A stretch of DNA of 63,220 bases, filler included, from Chiloscyllium plagiosum (taxonomy: Eukaryota): the NCBI RefSeq assembly GCF_004010195.1. It is 4 parts of one record of this genome, joined end to end, with 100 filler letters (N's around TTAATTAATTAA, not from the genome) between each part and the next. Parts side by side here need not be neighbours in the genome. Positions count along the whole stretch, not along the records: positions 45,458 to 60,970 come from NC_057711.1; positions 61,071 to 63,220 come from NC_057711.1; 2 more parts are not named here. One strand, written 5' to 3'. The notes under the pieces are model-generated. The model saw nothing but the letters and a program-made list of their open reading frames with translations. It searched no databases and was not told the DNA's origin. This document shows, piece after piece, positions 51,033 through 63,220 of this stretch; the first letter of the stretch is position 1, and every line of letters starts with the position of its first letter. A program made the translations under genes and the position numbers.

Positions 51033-51489
51033 TACAATTGGAGATACCCAAGGCGCTAGAGCTAAAGGAATACAGGCATTTGGAAAGATTAAGGGGCTGA
51101 AGGAGAAAGCTGATTTAGTGAGGGAAGAGGTCATGGACGAATTTGAAAACAAGGGTGACAATTTAAACATCCACCAAATATTGGTCCTCATGTGTCATCA
51201 GGATGAGGCCATTCTGCAACGAATGTCAGTCATATTTGAACAGATCATATGCCAATGCTGATGACAGCGTAGATCAACCTTTATTGAATTCAGCAGGAGG
51301 GTGAGAAGATTGCAGAAGTTGGTTGTAGTGAGGGATAGTTGGCACGTATTTAAATTTCAAGTCAGATAAAACACCTCTATGTCTCTTTTCTCTCCATTTA
51401 GATATACAAATAATTTATACTTAATATTTTATTTCCAGCTTCTAATTGTTCACTGGTGCTCTGGTACAGACTGAATTGGTGCAAGGAAA

Positions 51490-53600
51490 CATCAAGGTGA
51501 CTGCCAGTCTGAGGAAAAGCACAAAGCAGTTTTCCCTTGAGGACATCTTCCCCCTGAACAGATTTTCTGTTTTGGATATTGCTGGAGGAGATGGTTTCTC
51601 AGGGGAATGCAACAAAAGCCATGCCTACAGAACCAGGAATGGCTCAGTGGCATAGGGGCTAGGGGGAGGTGAGGCTGGTGTGTAGAGAAAACAAAAGTGA
51701 AAAATATTGTAAAGGGAACAGGTGGATGTTGCAGATGTAGCACCAGGATGGTATGTTGGCTCCCTGGTCCCTCATGACATACCTAAGTGGATGCAGGACA
51801 TTCTGATGGAGGAGGGAGAACATCTTGAGGTCTTGGTCCATGTTGGTCCCAGTGACTTTGTTAAAATGATGAAGGTGTTCCTGCAAGCAGAATATAAATA
51901 TCTAGGAAATCAGTTGTAAAGCAGCACCTTACACTTATTTCTAGTACCATATGATAGCAAGATTAGCTACGATAAAATAGGCCTTTGAATGTGTGGCTGG
52001 AGGAATGATGAAGGAGGGAAATATTTTGATTCTTTAGGCATCGGGACCAATTCTGAGGCTGATGGGATCTGTACAAGCCAAATGGGGTGCACACCAGTAG
52101 GACTGGAGCCAATAATCTCACAAGGGCATTCACCAGTGCTATGGAAGGTGATCAGACTTGAATCGGAGGGGATGAGGAACATAAGCTGGGAGACAAGAGT
52201 GAAGGAAACAAAAATGAAATGAAACACAGAAAAGTGGTAGGAAAGAAGTAGACAAAGGAAACAAATGCCAGCTGCAATAGTACAAGAAGATGTGTGAAAA
52301 AATACAAAAGGCAGGTTTAAAGTCTAATGTCTGAATACATAGAGCATTGCAATTAGGTGGATAAAATAATTGTGCCAATAGTTGTAAATGGGTATGTTTC
52401 ATTAGCGATTCAGAGACAGGGGTGCAGAATGTCCAAGGCAAAATCTAAGAAAGAGAGGAAAAGTTAAAGGAAGTGGGGTTGCATTGTTAGTGAAAGATTA
52501 AATCAGTGCAATAGTGAGAAGAGATATCGGTGCAGAAAATGTAGAATCATTTGGGATGGACCTGCAACAGAAGGAAAATACTAATATAAGTTGTCTATTG
52601 CCTTCAACAATAGTGATAAAGTAGACAATAGTAGTAAACAGTAAATTAGAAATGTATATGACAAGGATGCCATAGTAATTATGAGTGATTTTTATGTACA
52701 TATACACTGGACAAATCACATTAACAATAGTACTGTGGGCAATGAATTCCCAAAGTTTGCTCAAAATGATTTTTGGACCAGCACACAGAGAAATGAATTT
52801 GGGTATAGACCATCCAAAAGAACACAATAGGAAAAGTGGTCTAACCATGACCAACAAAATAAATTAAGGATAGTATTAGATCCAAAAATGAGTCAATAAA
52901 TTTGCCAGAAAAAGTAGCATATCTGTGGACTGGGACCAATTTAGAATACAAACATAGGAGGCCCGAGAGGTTTAGTAAGAGGGGAAAATTAAAGTATGAG
53001 TGAAAACTTGCAAGGAATATAAAGGTAGGCTGTAAGAGCTTCTATAAGTATGTAGAAAGGAAAAGAATTAGTACAGGCAAATATAACCCCTTAAAGTCTG
53101 AAGTGGGAGAAATGATAATGGAGAACCAGGAAATGATAAAGCAATTAAACCACAACTTCCCTTCTGTCTTTATAAAAGACACATAACTTCCCAGAAAAGC
53201 AAGGGGAGCAATTGCCTATTGGGAAGGAGGTAATGGAGGAGTTTAGTATTCATAAAATACATAGTAATGGGGAAATTCATGTGTTGGAATGCTTATAAAT
53301 TCCCCAGGGCTTGATTATCTCCATCCTAGAGTACTAAAAGCAGTGGCCATGGAAACAGTGAATGCATAAATTGTCCATTTCCAAAAGCTTTTAGATTTTG
53401 GAACAGTCTGGGCAGTTTGAAAGGTGGAAAATATAACCCCACTGCTCAAAGAAAGGAGTGAAGGAGAACATAGGAAATTATTACAGACCAGTTAGCAGAG
53501 CACCTGTAACATGGGAAATGCTGGAATCTATTATAAAGGATGTGATAGTACGACATGTAGGAAATATCGATAGGATTACATAATGAAAGCATGGATTAGA
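51490..53600 (+). mobile_element. Highly decayed CR1 LINE (ORF1 to start of RT)
   Basis: IFPLNRFSVL, EVLVHVG, SPGLDYLHPRVLK-like and ITPL motifs. Confidence 0.7.
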
Positions 53601-54392
53601 GTCATGGAGTCATACAGCACGGAAACAGACCCTTTGGTCTAACATCTGTGGTGACTAGACATCCCAATCTGACCTTGTCCCATTTGCCAGCACTTGGCCC
53701 ATTTCCTGCTAAACCCTTCCTATTCGTATACCCATCCAGATGCCTTTTAAATGTTGTAATTGTACTCGCCTCCACCAGCTCCACCAGCTCATTCTATCCA
53801 TCCACCATAGAAAGAAAAATTACCCTGAAGGTCCTTTTTAAACCTTTCCCCTTTTTATGCCCTCTAGATTTGAACGACCTTTTCCTGGGGAAAAGACCTT
53901 TTTTTTTCACTTTATCTATACCCTTTGTGATTTACAAACCTCAACCACTTATTCTCCAATGAAAAATGTTCCAGCCTATCCATCAGCTCTTTACAACTCA
54001 AATCTTCCAGGCCCAGTAACATCCTTGTAAATCATTTCTGCACCCTCTCAAGTTTAACAACATCCTTCCTATAGAAGGAAGATCAGTATTGTAAGCTGTA
54101 TTCTAAAAATAGCCTCACCAATGTCCTGAACAGTTGCAACATGATGTCCGAACTTTTATACTCAGTGTTCGGACGAATGATCAAGATTCCATTGTACTCT
54201 GAGATAATCTGCAAATTTACTAAACATACCTCCTATGTTCACATCCAAATCATTTATAAAATGATGAAAAGCAGCAGACCCAATACACGTACTTATGGCA
54301 CACCACTGGTCATAGGCCTCCAGTCTGAAAAGCAACCTTTTACCACTACCCTTTTACTCCTACCTTCAATCCAATTTTGTATCCAATTGATT
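53600..54392 (-). mobile_element. CR1/HER1 LINE 3' fragment
   Basis: VEASTITTFKRHLDGYTNRKG, and an SGVP motif at about 54300. Confidence 0.85.
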
Positions 54393-54399
54393 TGATTTG

Positions 54400-55860
54400 A
54401 TTTGAGTTATTTATTGCCATGTGTACCCATGCTTTGTTTGTGAGCAGTATAGACAGATTATAGTAAGCAAGTATGTATGGATCATAGGGTGAAAATAAAC
54501 TTAGACAGAGATATGAAGGTTACATTGCATAGGGTGTGCGCTGGGAAGATCAACATTTGCAAGATCAGCATTATTTGAAATTAGAGAGCCCATTCATCAG
54601 TCTAATAATGGTCGGGAAGAAGCTTTCCTGAACTTGCTGGTGCATGTGTTCAAACCTCTGTATCTTCTGCCTAACAGAAGAGGATGAAGTAGAGCACTAC
54701 CATGGTGCAATGGGTCTTTGATGATGTTGGCCGCATTTCCATGGCAGCCTCTTCATGTAAATGGAGTCCATGGATGGAAGATTGGCTTCCGTGATGGTCT
54801 GGGCTGTGCAAACAACTTCCTGTTGTTTCTTATGGTACTGGGTGGAGCAGTTGCCGTACCAGGCTATTATGAAGATGGACAGTATGCTTTCAGTGGTGCA
54901 TCTGGAAAAGTTGGTGAGGATCCTTATGGTCATGTGAAATTTCCTGAGCCGCCTGAGGAGGAAGAGGAGTTGTTGCACCTTCTTGACCATAACATCTATG
55001 TGAGAAATCCGTGACAAGTTGTTGGTTATAGTCACTCCTAGGAATTTGATGTTCTCCACCCTCTCAACCTCAGCTCCGTTGATGTAATTGGGGGCGTGTT
55101 ATCCTCCTTTCGTTCTGAAGTCAATGATCAGTTCTTTAGTTTTGATGATCTTGAGAGAGAGGTTGTTGTCATTGCACCAAATCACTAAGCCCTCTATCTC
55201 CTTTCTGTGTTCTGACCTGTTGTTAGATATCCATCCTACCACAGTGGTGTCATCAGCAAACTTGTACCTTTAGAATTTGGCAACACAGTCATGGGTGTAC
55301 GGGGAGTACAGTAGGGGGCTGAGAATGCATCGTTGGGGACTCCAGTATTGAGTGTCATGGTGGAGGAGGTGCAGTTGTCTATCTTCATTGATTGCAGTCT
55401 GTTGGTCAGGAAGCTGAGGATCCAGTTACAGAGAGTTGAACCAAGAGCAAGATCTCAGAGTTTTGGGATCAGTCTGGAGAGGATTATGGTGTTGAAGGCT
55501 GAACTGTAGATGATAAGCAGGAGTCTGAGGTACATGTCCTTGTTGTCCAGAACTTCCAGGAATGAGTGCAGGGCTAGGGAAATGGCTTGCCTAGGAAATA
55601 TGGACCTGTTACATCGGTAGGCAAATTGTAGGGGATTGAAGGAGGCTGGGAGACTAAAGTTGATGTAAGCCATGACCAGCCTCTCAAAGCACTTCATAAT
55701 TATGGAGGTCAGAGCCACTGAGCAGTAGTCATTAAGGCACTTTGCATGTACTTTTTTAGGTAGTGGGCTGATGGTGGTCTTCTTGAAGCAGATGGGAACT
55801 TTGTCTTGTAGGAGGGAGAGATTGAAGTCCCCACCTGCGTCAAAAAGGCCACCATCATTC
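54400..55860 (-). mobile_element. Rex1/Babar-type non-LTR retrotransposon, 5'-truncated RT
   Basis: ALTSIIMKCFERLV…PLQFAYR…AISLALHS…[34 protein letters not shown]…WYGNC. Confidence 0.85.
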
Positions 55861-55861
55861 T

Positions 55862-58080
55862 CAGTTAGCTAACTTCCCTGGATCCTGTGTGATCTAATCT
55901 TGTTAGCCAGTCTATCATGCAGAACTTTGTCGAATGATTTGCTGAAGTGCTTATAGACAATGTCTACTGCTTTGCCTTCATTAATCTTCTTTGTCATGTC
56001 TTCAAAAAGCTCAAGCAAGTTGTGAGACATGATTTCCCCCACAAAAAGTCATGCTGACTATCCCTAATCACTCCTTGCCTTTCCAAATGCATGTAAATTC
56101 TATTTCTCATTATTCCCTCCAACAACTTACCTACCACTGACATCAGACTCAAAAGTCCCCTAGCTCTTTACAGCATTCTGAAATAATGGTACCACATCAG
56201 CAACTTCTCGTCTTTTGGCATCTCATCCATGGCTGTCGATGATGCAAATATCTATGCAAAGGACTCAGCAATCTCTTCCCTAGCTTCCCACAAAGTTCTG
56301 GAACACAACTGGTCAGGTCTGGAGATTTATCTACCATTATGCAGTTTAAGATCTCCGGCACCTCCTCTTCTTTAATATGAACTCTTTTCAAGACTAAACC
56401 ACCTGATGAAGGAGCAGTACTCTGAAAGCTAGTGCCTCCAAATAAACCTGTTGGACTATAACCTGGTGTTATGTGATTTTTAACTTTGTACTCACCAGTC
56501 CAACACTGGCATCTCCAAATCTTTTCAAGACATCACTATTTCCCCAAGTTCCCTAGCTTCCATGTCTTTCTCTACAGTAAATACTGATGAAAAATATTTG
56601 TTCAATATCCAACCCATCTTCTGTGGCTCTATACATATATGGCCATTTGATCTTTATAGGGCCCTAATCTCTCCCTTGTCACTCTTTCATCCTTAATGTA
56701 CTTATAGAATTTCTTTGGATTCTCCTTAACTCTTTTGGCAAAACTATCTCATGTCCACTTTTTGCCCTCCTAATTTGACTCTTAAGTGTAATCCTACTGC
56801 CCATGTATTCCTTGAGGGATTCACTTGATCCCAGCTGTCTATATGTGCCATAAGTCTCCTTCTTTTTCTTGACCACAGCCTCAATTTCTCCGTTATCCAG
56901 CATTCACTACAACTACCAGTCTTTCCCTACACACTAATAGGAACGTACTGTCTCTGTACTCCTGTTATCTAACTTTTAAAGGCCTCCCACTTCTCAACAA
57001 ACCCTTTGCTTGTGAATAACCTCCCTCAATCAACTTCTGGAAGTTCCTGTCTACTACCAACAACGTTGGCCTTATTTAAATTCAGAACTTTATCTTTTTG
57101 ATCAGTTTTATCATTTTCCATAACTGTTTGAAGCTAATAGAATAATGATCACTTGCCCCAAAGTGCTTCCCCCAGTGATACTTCAATCATTTGCCCAGCC
57201 TTATTTCCCAACAGGTCAAATATTGCGTCTTTTCTAGTAGCTATATCCACATATTGAATAAGAATATTTTCTTGCACGCATTTTACAAATTCCTCCCCTT
57301 AACACTCTGACAGTCTCAACCTCTGGTTGGAAAGTTAAAATCCCCTGCCATTACAACCCTATCATTTTCATAGATATCTGAGATCTCCTTATAAATTTGC
57401 TTCTCAATTTCCTGCTGACGACTGGGGGGCCTATATTACAATCCTAACAAGGTCATCATCATCATTCCTTTCTTGTTTCTTAGTTTCACCCATATAACTT
57501 CACTGGATGATCTCCCAGAAATATCCTCTCCAAGTACAACCGTAATGTTATACCGAAACAAAAACACTTCTCCCCACCTGTCTTGCCAGCCTTTCTATTC
57601 TTCCGATAGCATCCATACCCTGGAACATTAAGCTGCCCATTCTGTCCATCCATGAGACACATTTCTGTGATAGCTATAATATCCCAGTCCCACGTTCACA
57701 AGAATGCCCTAAGTTCAAATGTTCTACCTGTCAGGCCTCTTGCATTGTAGTTACTGCAGTTTAATTAATTAGTCTTACATTGGTCTCTGTCAAGCTCTTG
57801 TCTGCTTTGACTATTAGACTTGATCCCTTTAAGTAATGTACCAGCCTCAGCCTTTTCTCTTTTCTCACTATTGCTTTGGTTCCCATCAATGCCTCCCTTA
57901 CTAATTTAAAGCCTCCAAGTAGCACTAGCAAATCTCCCTGCCAGGACATTGGTCCCCTTCCAATTCAGGTGGACAGGATCCCAATTGTCCAAAAATGTGA
58001 TTTTGTTGCCCCTTACACCAGCTCCTTAGCCATGCATTCATTAGCTCTATCCTCCCATTCCTATTCAGACTAGCATAGTC
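55862..58080 (-). mobile_element. Decayed CR1 LINE (ORF1 end, endonuclease, start of RT)
   Basis: RIELMNAWLRSWC, VDKSPD and FSKSFDKV-like motifs. Confidence 0.8.
56395..56519 (+). mobile_element. 125-bp Penelope family B terminus insertion with hammerhead core (56400-56434)
   Basis: 12-bp TSD TCTTTTCAAGAC at 56383-56394 and 56520-56531. Reads cac-CTGATGA…GAAA-GCTA-gtg. Confidence 0.85.
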
Positions 58081-58084
58081 TGAA

Positions 58085-59927
58085 TAAGACCGTAAGACCA
58101 TAAGACATAGGAGTGGAAGTAAGGCCATTCAGCCCATTGAGTCTACTCTGCCATTTAATCATGGCTGATGGGCATTTCAACTCCACTTACCCGCTCTCTC
58201 CCCGTAGCCCTTAATTCCTTGCGAGATCAAGAATTTATCAATCTCTGCCTTGAAGATATTTAATGTCCCGGCCTCCATTGCAGTCCGTGCCAATGAACTC
58301 CACAGGCCCACCATTCTCTGGCTGAAGAAATGTCTCCTTATTTCCATTCTAAATTGACCCCGTCTAATTCTAAGGCTGTGCCCACAGGTCCTAGTCTCCC
58401 CCACCTAGCGGAAGCAACTTCCCAGCATCCACACTTTCTAAACCATGCAATATCTTGTAAGTTTCTATTAGCTCTCCCCTCAACCTTTTAAACTCTAATG
58501 AATACAATCCCAGGATCCTCAGCTGTTTATTGTATGTTAGGTCTACCATTCCAGGGATCATTCGTATAAATCTCTGCTGGACAGGCTCCAATGCCAGTAT
58601 GTCCTTCCTGAGGTGTGGGGCCCAAAATTAGACACAGTATTCTAAATGGGGCCTAACCAGAGCTTTATAAAGCCTCAGAAGCGCATCGCTGCTATATATT
58701 CCAATCCTCTTGAGATAAATGACAACATTACATTTGCTTTCTTAATCACGGACTCAACCTGCATGTTTACCTTTAGAGAATCCTGGATTAGCACTCCCAG
58801 ATGCTATCGTACTTCGGCTTTATAAATTTTCTCACCGTTTAGAAAATAGTCCATGCCTGTATTCTTTTTTCCAAAGTGCAAGATTTCGCATTTGCTCACG
58901 TTGAATTTCATCAGCTATTTCCAGGACCACTCTCCTAAACTGTCTAAATCTTTTTGCAGCCTCCCCACATCCTCAGTACTACCTGCCTGTCCACCTAACT
59001 TTGTATCATCGGCAAACTTCACTAGAATGCCGCCAGTCCCTTCATCCAGATCATAATATATAAAGCGAACAGCTGAGGGACACCACTTGTCACCAGCTGC
59101 CGTTCCAAAAAAGAACCTTTTATCCCAACTGTCTGCCTTCTCTCAGACAGCCAATTCCCAATCCATGCCAGTAGCTCGCCTCGAACACCATGGGCCCTCA
59201 CCTTATTAACAGCCTCCCGTAAGGCAACTTATCAAAGGCCTTTTGGAAGTTTAGATAGATAATATCCACTGGGTTTCCCTGGTTTAATCTACTTGTTAAC
59301 TCTTCAAAGAATTCTAACAGGTTTGTCAGGCATGACCTTACTAAATCCATGCTGACTTGTTCCAATCTGACCCTGCACTTCCAAAAATTTAGAATCTCAT
59401 CCTTAATGATGGATTCTACAATTTTACCAACAACTGAGGTAAGGCTAATCAGCCTACAATTTTCCATCTTTTGTCTTGATCCTCTCTTGAACAAGGGGGT
59501 TACAACAGCGATTTTCCAATCATCTGGGACTTTCCCTGACTCCAGTGATTTTTGAAAGATCACAACCAATGCCTCCACTATTTCCTCAGCCACCTCCCTC
59601 AGAACTCTAGGATGTAGCCCATCGGTGCCAGGAGTTTTATCAATTTTTAGACTTTTTAGAGCTTTTCTAGCACTTTTTCTTTTGTAATGGCTACCATACT
59701 CAACTCTGCCCTCTGACTCTCCTTAATTGTGGGGATTTTTACTCATGTCTTCCACTGTGAAGACTGACACAAAGTATTTATTCGGTTCTTTAGCTATTTC
59801 CTTATCTCCCAGCACTAGCCTTCCTGCATCAATTTGGAGTGGTCCAATGTCTACTTTCGCCCTCGCTTGTTTCTTAAGTATTGAAAGAAACTTTTACTAT
59901 CATTTTTATTTTTACTGGTAAGCGTAA
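58085..59927 (-). mobile_element. CR1 LINE RT and 3' end with (TCTTATG)n-type tail
   Basis: WKIAVVTPLFKRG…ISLTSVVGK…SCLTNLLEFFE…FQKAFDK, KFADDTK. Confidence 0.92.
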
Positions 59928-59984
59928 CTTGATACTTGTAAGTTTCTATTAGCTCTCCCCTCAACCTTTTAAACTCTACAACTT

Positions 59985-60970
59985 GAGACTACAGCAAAGG
60001 TAAGACAGTTTGTTTTAAAATTGCTTACCTGTAGCGGGCAGCGGTGTGTTTTTTTTTACTCTCTCTCCACAGAAAGAGCGGGAGCATCAGAGGAAGTGAC
60101 GGCAAGCAGAGGGACAGCCAGGAAGGAAAAGTGAGTATATAAGTCAGGATGGCGGCTAAACCCGAGATTCTACACCTCTGGTATCTCCCACCCACCCTCC
60201 TCCTCTAACCTTCTTAACTACTCTGCTTTTTCTTTTACGGTAAGGATTTTTATTTCTTTACCAGGGACTAGTTAAAAATTTACTTCTTTTTTTTTGTGTG
60301 TGTATACATCAAGTCCTTATTTAGGGTAAAAATAACTATAGCAGAGAGGTATCAGAAGGTATTCTAACTCATACTTGTACAAAGTAAGTAATTAACTAAC
60401 TAAGCAGAGATGGCTGGGCAGGTGATGTGCTGTTGCTGTATGATGTGGGAGCTGGCAGATCCCATTGTGAACGGCAGTGACCACATCTGCAGCAAGTGTT
60501 GGTTGCTGGAAGAACTCCGGATCAGAGTTGATGATCTGGAATCTGAGCTTCAAACACTGCGGCACATCCGGGAGGGGGAGAGTTACCTGGATGCTTTGTT
60601 TCAGGAGGCAGTCACACCTGGGAGATTAAGTAATTCACATTCAGCTAGTGATCAGACACAAAAGAGTGTGACTGTAAGTGAGGCAGACAGGGGGAGCCTG
60701 AGTTCAGGAGTGCAGGAGTCTCAGCTCTTGACCTTGTCCAACAGGTATGGATTCTTGCTCCCTATATGGATGAGGAAAAAGGCAGGATGAGCCAACTGAC
60801 CAAGGCAACATGGTGCAGAAGGCCATTCAAGAGAGGGGAGCTAATAGACAAGTAGTGGTTATAGGGGATTCTATAATTAGGGGGACAGATAGTATCCTTG
60901 GCAAGCCGGATCTGGAGTCTCGCATGGTGTGTTGCCTGCCCGGTGCCAGGGTGCGAGACATCTCCGACCG
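59985..60970 (+). mobile_element. CR1 LINE 5'UTR and ORF1 (zinc finger/leucine zipper, esterase-like start)
   Basis: MAGQVMCCCCMMWEL…HICSKCWLLEELRIRVDDLESELQTLRHIRE, then VVVIGDSIIRG…MVCCLPGARVRDI. Confidence 0.88.
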
Positions 60971-61070
60971 NNNNNNNNNNNNNNNNNNNNNNNNNNNNNN
61001 NNNNNNNNNNNNNNTTAATTAATTAANNNNNNNNNNNNNNNNNNNNNNNNNNNNNNNNNNNNNNNNNNNN
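60971..61070. other. Artificial 100-nt spacer
   Basis: 44N-TTAATTAATTAA-44N. Confidence 0.95.
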
Positions 61071-62630
61071 GGGGAAAAGACCTTGTCTATTTACCCCCTT
61101 CATGCCCCCCTCATGATTTTATAAACCTCTAGTTCTGGACTCCCCCACCCCAGGGGGAAAAGACCTTGTCTATTTGCCCTATCCAGGCCCCCCCTCATGA
61201 TTTTATAAACCTCATAACCTTACCAAATAAGCTTAAGGATAATCTAAAGAGATTCTCTGAGGTTAGATGGGCTTCAGATTGGTTTGACAGGTCAGCACAA
61301 CACCGAAGGCCGAAGGGCCTGTACTTTGCTGGGATGTTTGATGGTCTGGTATGTTCAGAGCCATACAGAGAGAGCAGGGCCCCTCCAAGATCAAAGATGC
61401 TGTCTTTGACGGGAGAGAGCTCGAGTGAATATTTCATGTCGGTGTTGACTGTGAGGGAAGAATGGAGGCGAGAGAACGCGGGGAAATAAATGTTTTGGAA
61501 ACAGTCGGCAAAGCAGGGAGAGGACGTGCTGAAGGCCTTAGAAATCTCCAGGACCTGATCTGGTGTGTCCCAGGACGTTGTGGGAAGTTTGGGAGGAGAC
61601 TGCAGTGGGTAGGGGAGGGGGGAGGGGGGGTTCCAAACAGAGACGTTTGTAACAGGTGAGGAGCCAGAGGACCGGAGGGTGGTCAAAGTTCCGCTTTTAT
61701 TACGGAAAGTTTTCCGGGAGCAGCCTGGGAACCGAGAATCCGATAGCAGTGGTAGGTAAGCTGGGCACTACGGGGACTTGGCTGAATCGTTCGAAGGCAG
61801 CGGGCGATGGCGGAGGGTTGTTTCGCTGACTGTGACCCGCGGTGTGCCACAGGGATCGGTGCCTCTCGCCATCTGTGCCAGTGGTCTGGGCGCGGATGGC
61901 AAAGGTTTGCAGATGGCGCCAAAATCGACGGACAGCGAGGGGGGTCGTCGATGAGCGCAGAAGGTCAAGGGGCTGAGGAGCGGCAGATGGAGTTTAATTT
62001 GTGAGATATAAAGCAAACGGGGGGTAGCACTTGGACAATTAAAGGGAGGGCCTTGGGCCGTCCATAGAACACTCTCATAGAATGTTCCAGCGCATCCTTC
62101 GGCCCCTCGATGTTGTGCCAACCTGTGCTGACCAATCTGAAGCCCCTCTCTCCTATACTATTCCATTCACATCCAAATGCTTATCCAATGCCCATTTAAA
62201 TGCCCCTAAAGTTGGCGAGTCTACTACTGTGGCAGGCAGTGCGTTCCACACCCCCTCCTACTCTCTGAGTAAAGAAACTCCCTCTGCCCTCTGTCCTGTA
62301 TCTATCACCCCCTCAATTTAAAGCTGTATCCCCTCGTGCTCGCCATCACCATCCGAGGGGAAAGCCTCTCCCTGTCCACCCTATCTAACCCTCGGATTAT
62401 CTTCGACGTCTCGATTCAGTCACCTCTCGATGTGTGGAGGAGCCGGTGTGGGATTGGGGTGGACCAAGTCAAAAATCACGCACAGCACCAGGTTATAGGC
62501 CAACAGGTTTATTTGGAAGCGCTAGCTTTCAGAGCACTCCAAAAACTTCCAAGTGAACCCGTTGGACTATACCCTGGCGTTTTGTGATTTTTATTTGAAC
62601 TAAGTCACCTCTCAACCTCCTTCTCTCTAG
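61071..62630. mobile_element. Mosaic of short CR1 fragments in both orientations plus a palindromic family B insert (about 62428-62600)
   Basis: GVPQGS-like and RFADGAKI-like motifs on plus, a CR1 3' end on minus, and inverted CCAGGTTATAG…CAAC / GTTGGACTATACCCTGG arms. Confidence 0.7.
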
Positions 62631-62939
62631 CGTTCAGGACTATCATTCTTTCACGTTTGTGTCACAGGGAGACAGGGTGGTTACAAAGGCATTTTGCCTT
62701 CACCGTTCGGACATCACGCTGTACAGGACGAGTTTACTTTGGCATTATGGCCTGGTTGGACCAGATTCTCTGTTTCCCTGCTGTCGGACCGAGTGGGTTG
62801 GTTTCTTAGGAAAGGAATCACAGTGAGGGCTCTTGGGACACCACATTGTGGTCATTGAACCGTGCCCCTCTGTCGGTCCTGTGTTTGAACAGGTTTTGAG
62901 CAGCAGCTTATCCCCTGATGTTATCAGTGTACACAGGTG

Positions 62940-63180
62940 TACAGACAGACAGACAGAGGCACACACACACACAGACAGACAGACAGACACACACAGACAT
63001 GCACACACCCAGACACACAGACAGAGACACGCACGTACACATAGAAAGACACACAGAGACACGCACACACAGAGACACGCACACACGCAGACATACACAC
63101 ACACAGTCAGACAGAGACACACACACACACAAGTACAGTCAGACACAGGCAGGTACAGACTCACACACACACATACAGAC
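62940..63180. repeat. Compound (CA)n/(GACA)n microsatellite
   Basis: Visible directly in the sequence. Confidence 0.95.
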
Positions 63181-63220
63181 TCACGTACCTCTTCAGATTC
63201 CGGGTATGAAGTCACACTAA

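Noticed and set aside
50850..51033. Hairpin as a miRNA precursor, terminator or DNA-transposon TIR; recurring motifs as CRISPR repeats
   Set aside because: The arms are Penelope terminal sequence with a 14-bp TSD. The repeats are dispersed with no repeat-spacer array, and the DNA is eukaryotic.
63189..63220. Possible exon end on minus (…VTSYPESEE|GTACGT)
   Set aside because: Truncated by the window edge and too short to identify.

Overview
Vertebrate genomic DNA, not prokaryotic. The repeat content (HE1-type tRNA SINEs, HER1/CR1 LINEs, several Penelope-like families) points to a shark. The only host-gene piece I can support is the first coding exon of FANCC on the minus strand (exon 40103-40347, CDS 40103-40273), which has two short uORFs in its leader. 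The rest is non-coding and dominated by nested, decayed retroelements (CR1/HER1, L2, Rex1/Babar, Penelope) plus Harbinger DNA-transposon relics. The Penelope-derived repeats carry several minimal hammerhead-ribozyme cores from at least three sequence families. Many are tiny or palindromic insertions with 10-15 bp target-site duplications. Three short stretches were copied locally over 1-2 kb. Three 100-nt spacers (44N-TTAATTAATTAA-44N) are artificial joins with discordant flanks, so the four segments may not be adjacent in the genome. Repeat boundaries are approximate and family names come from recalled similarity, not a database search.
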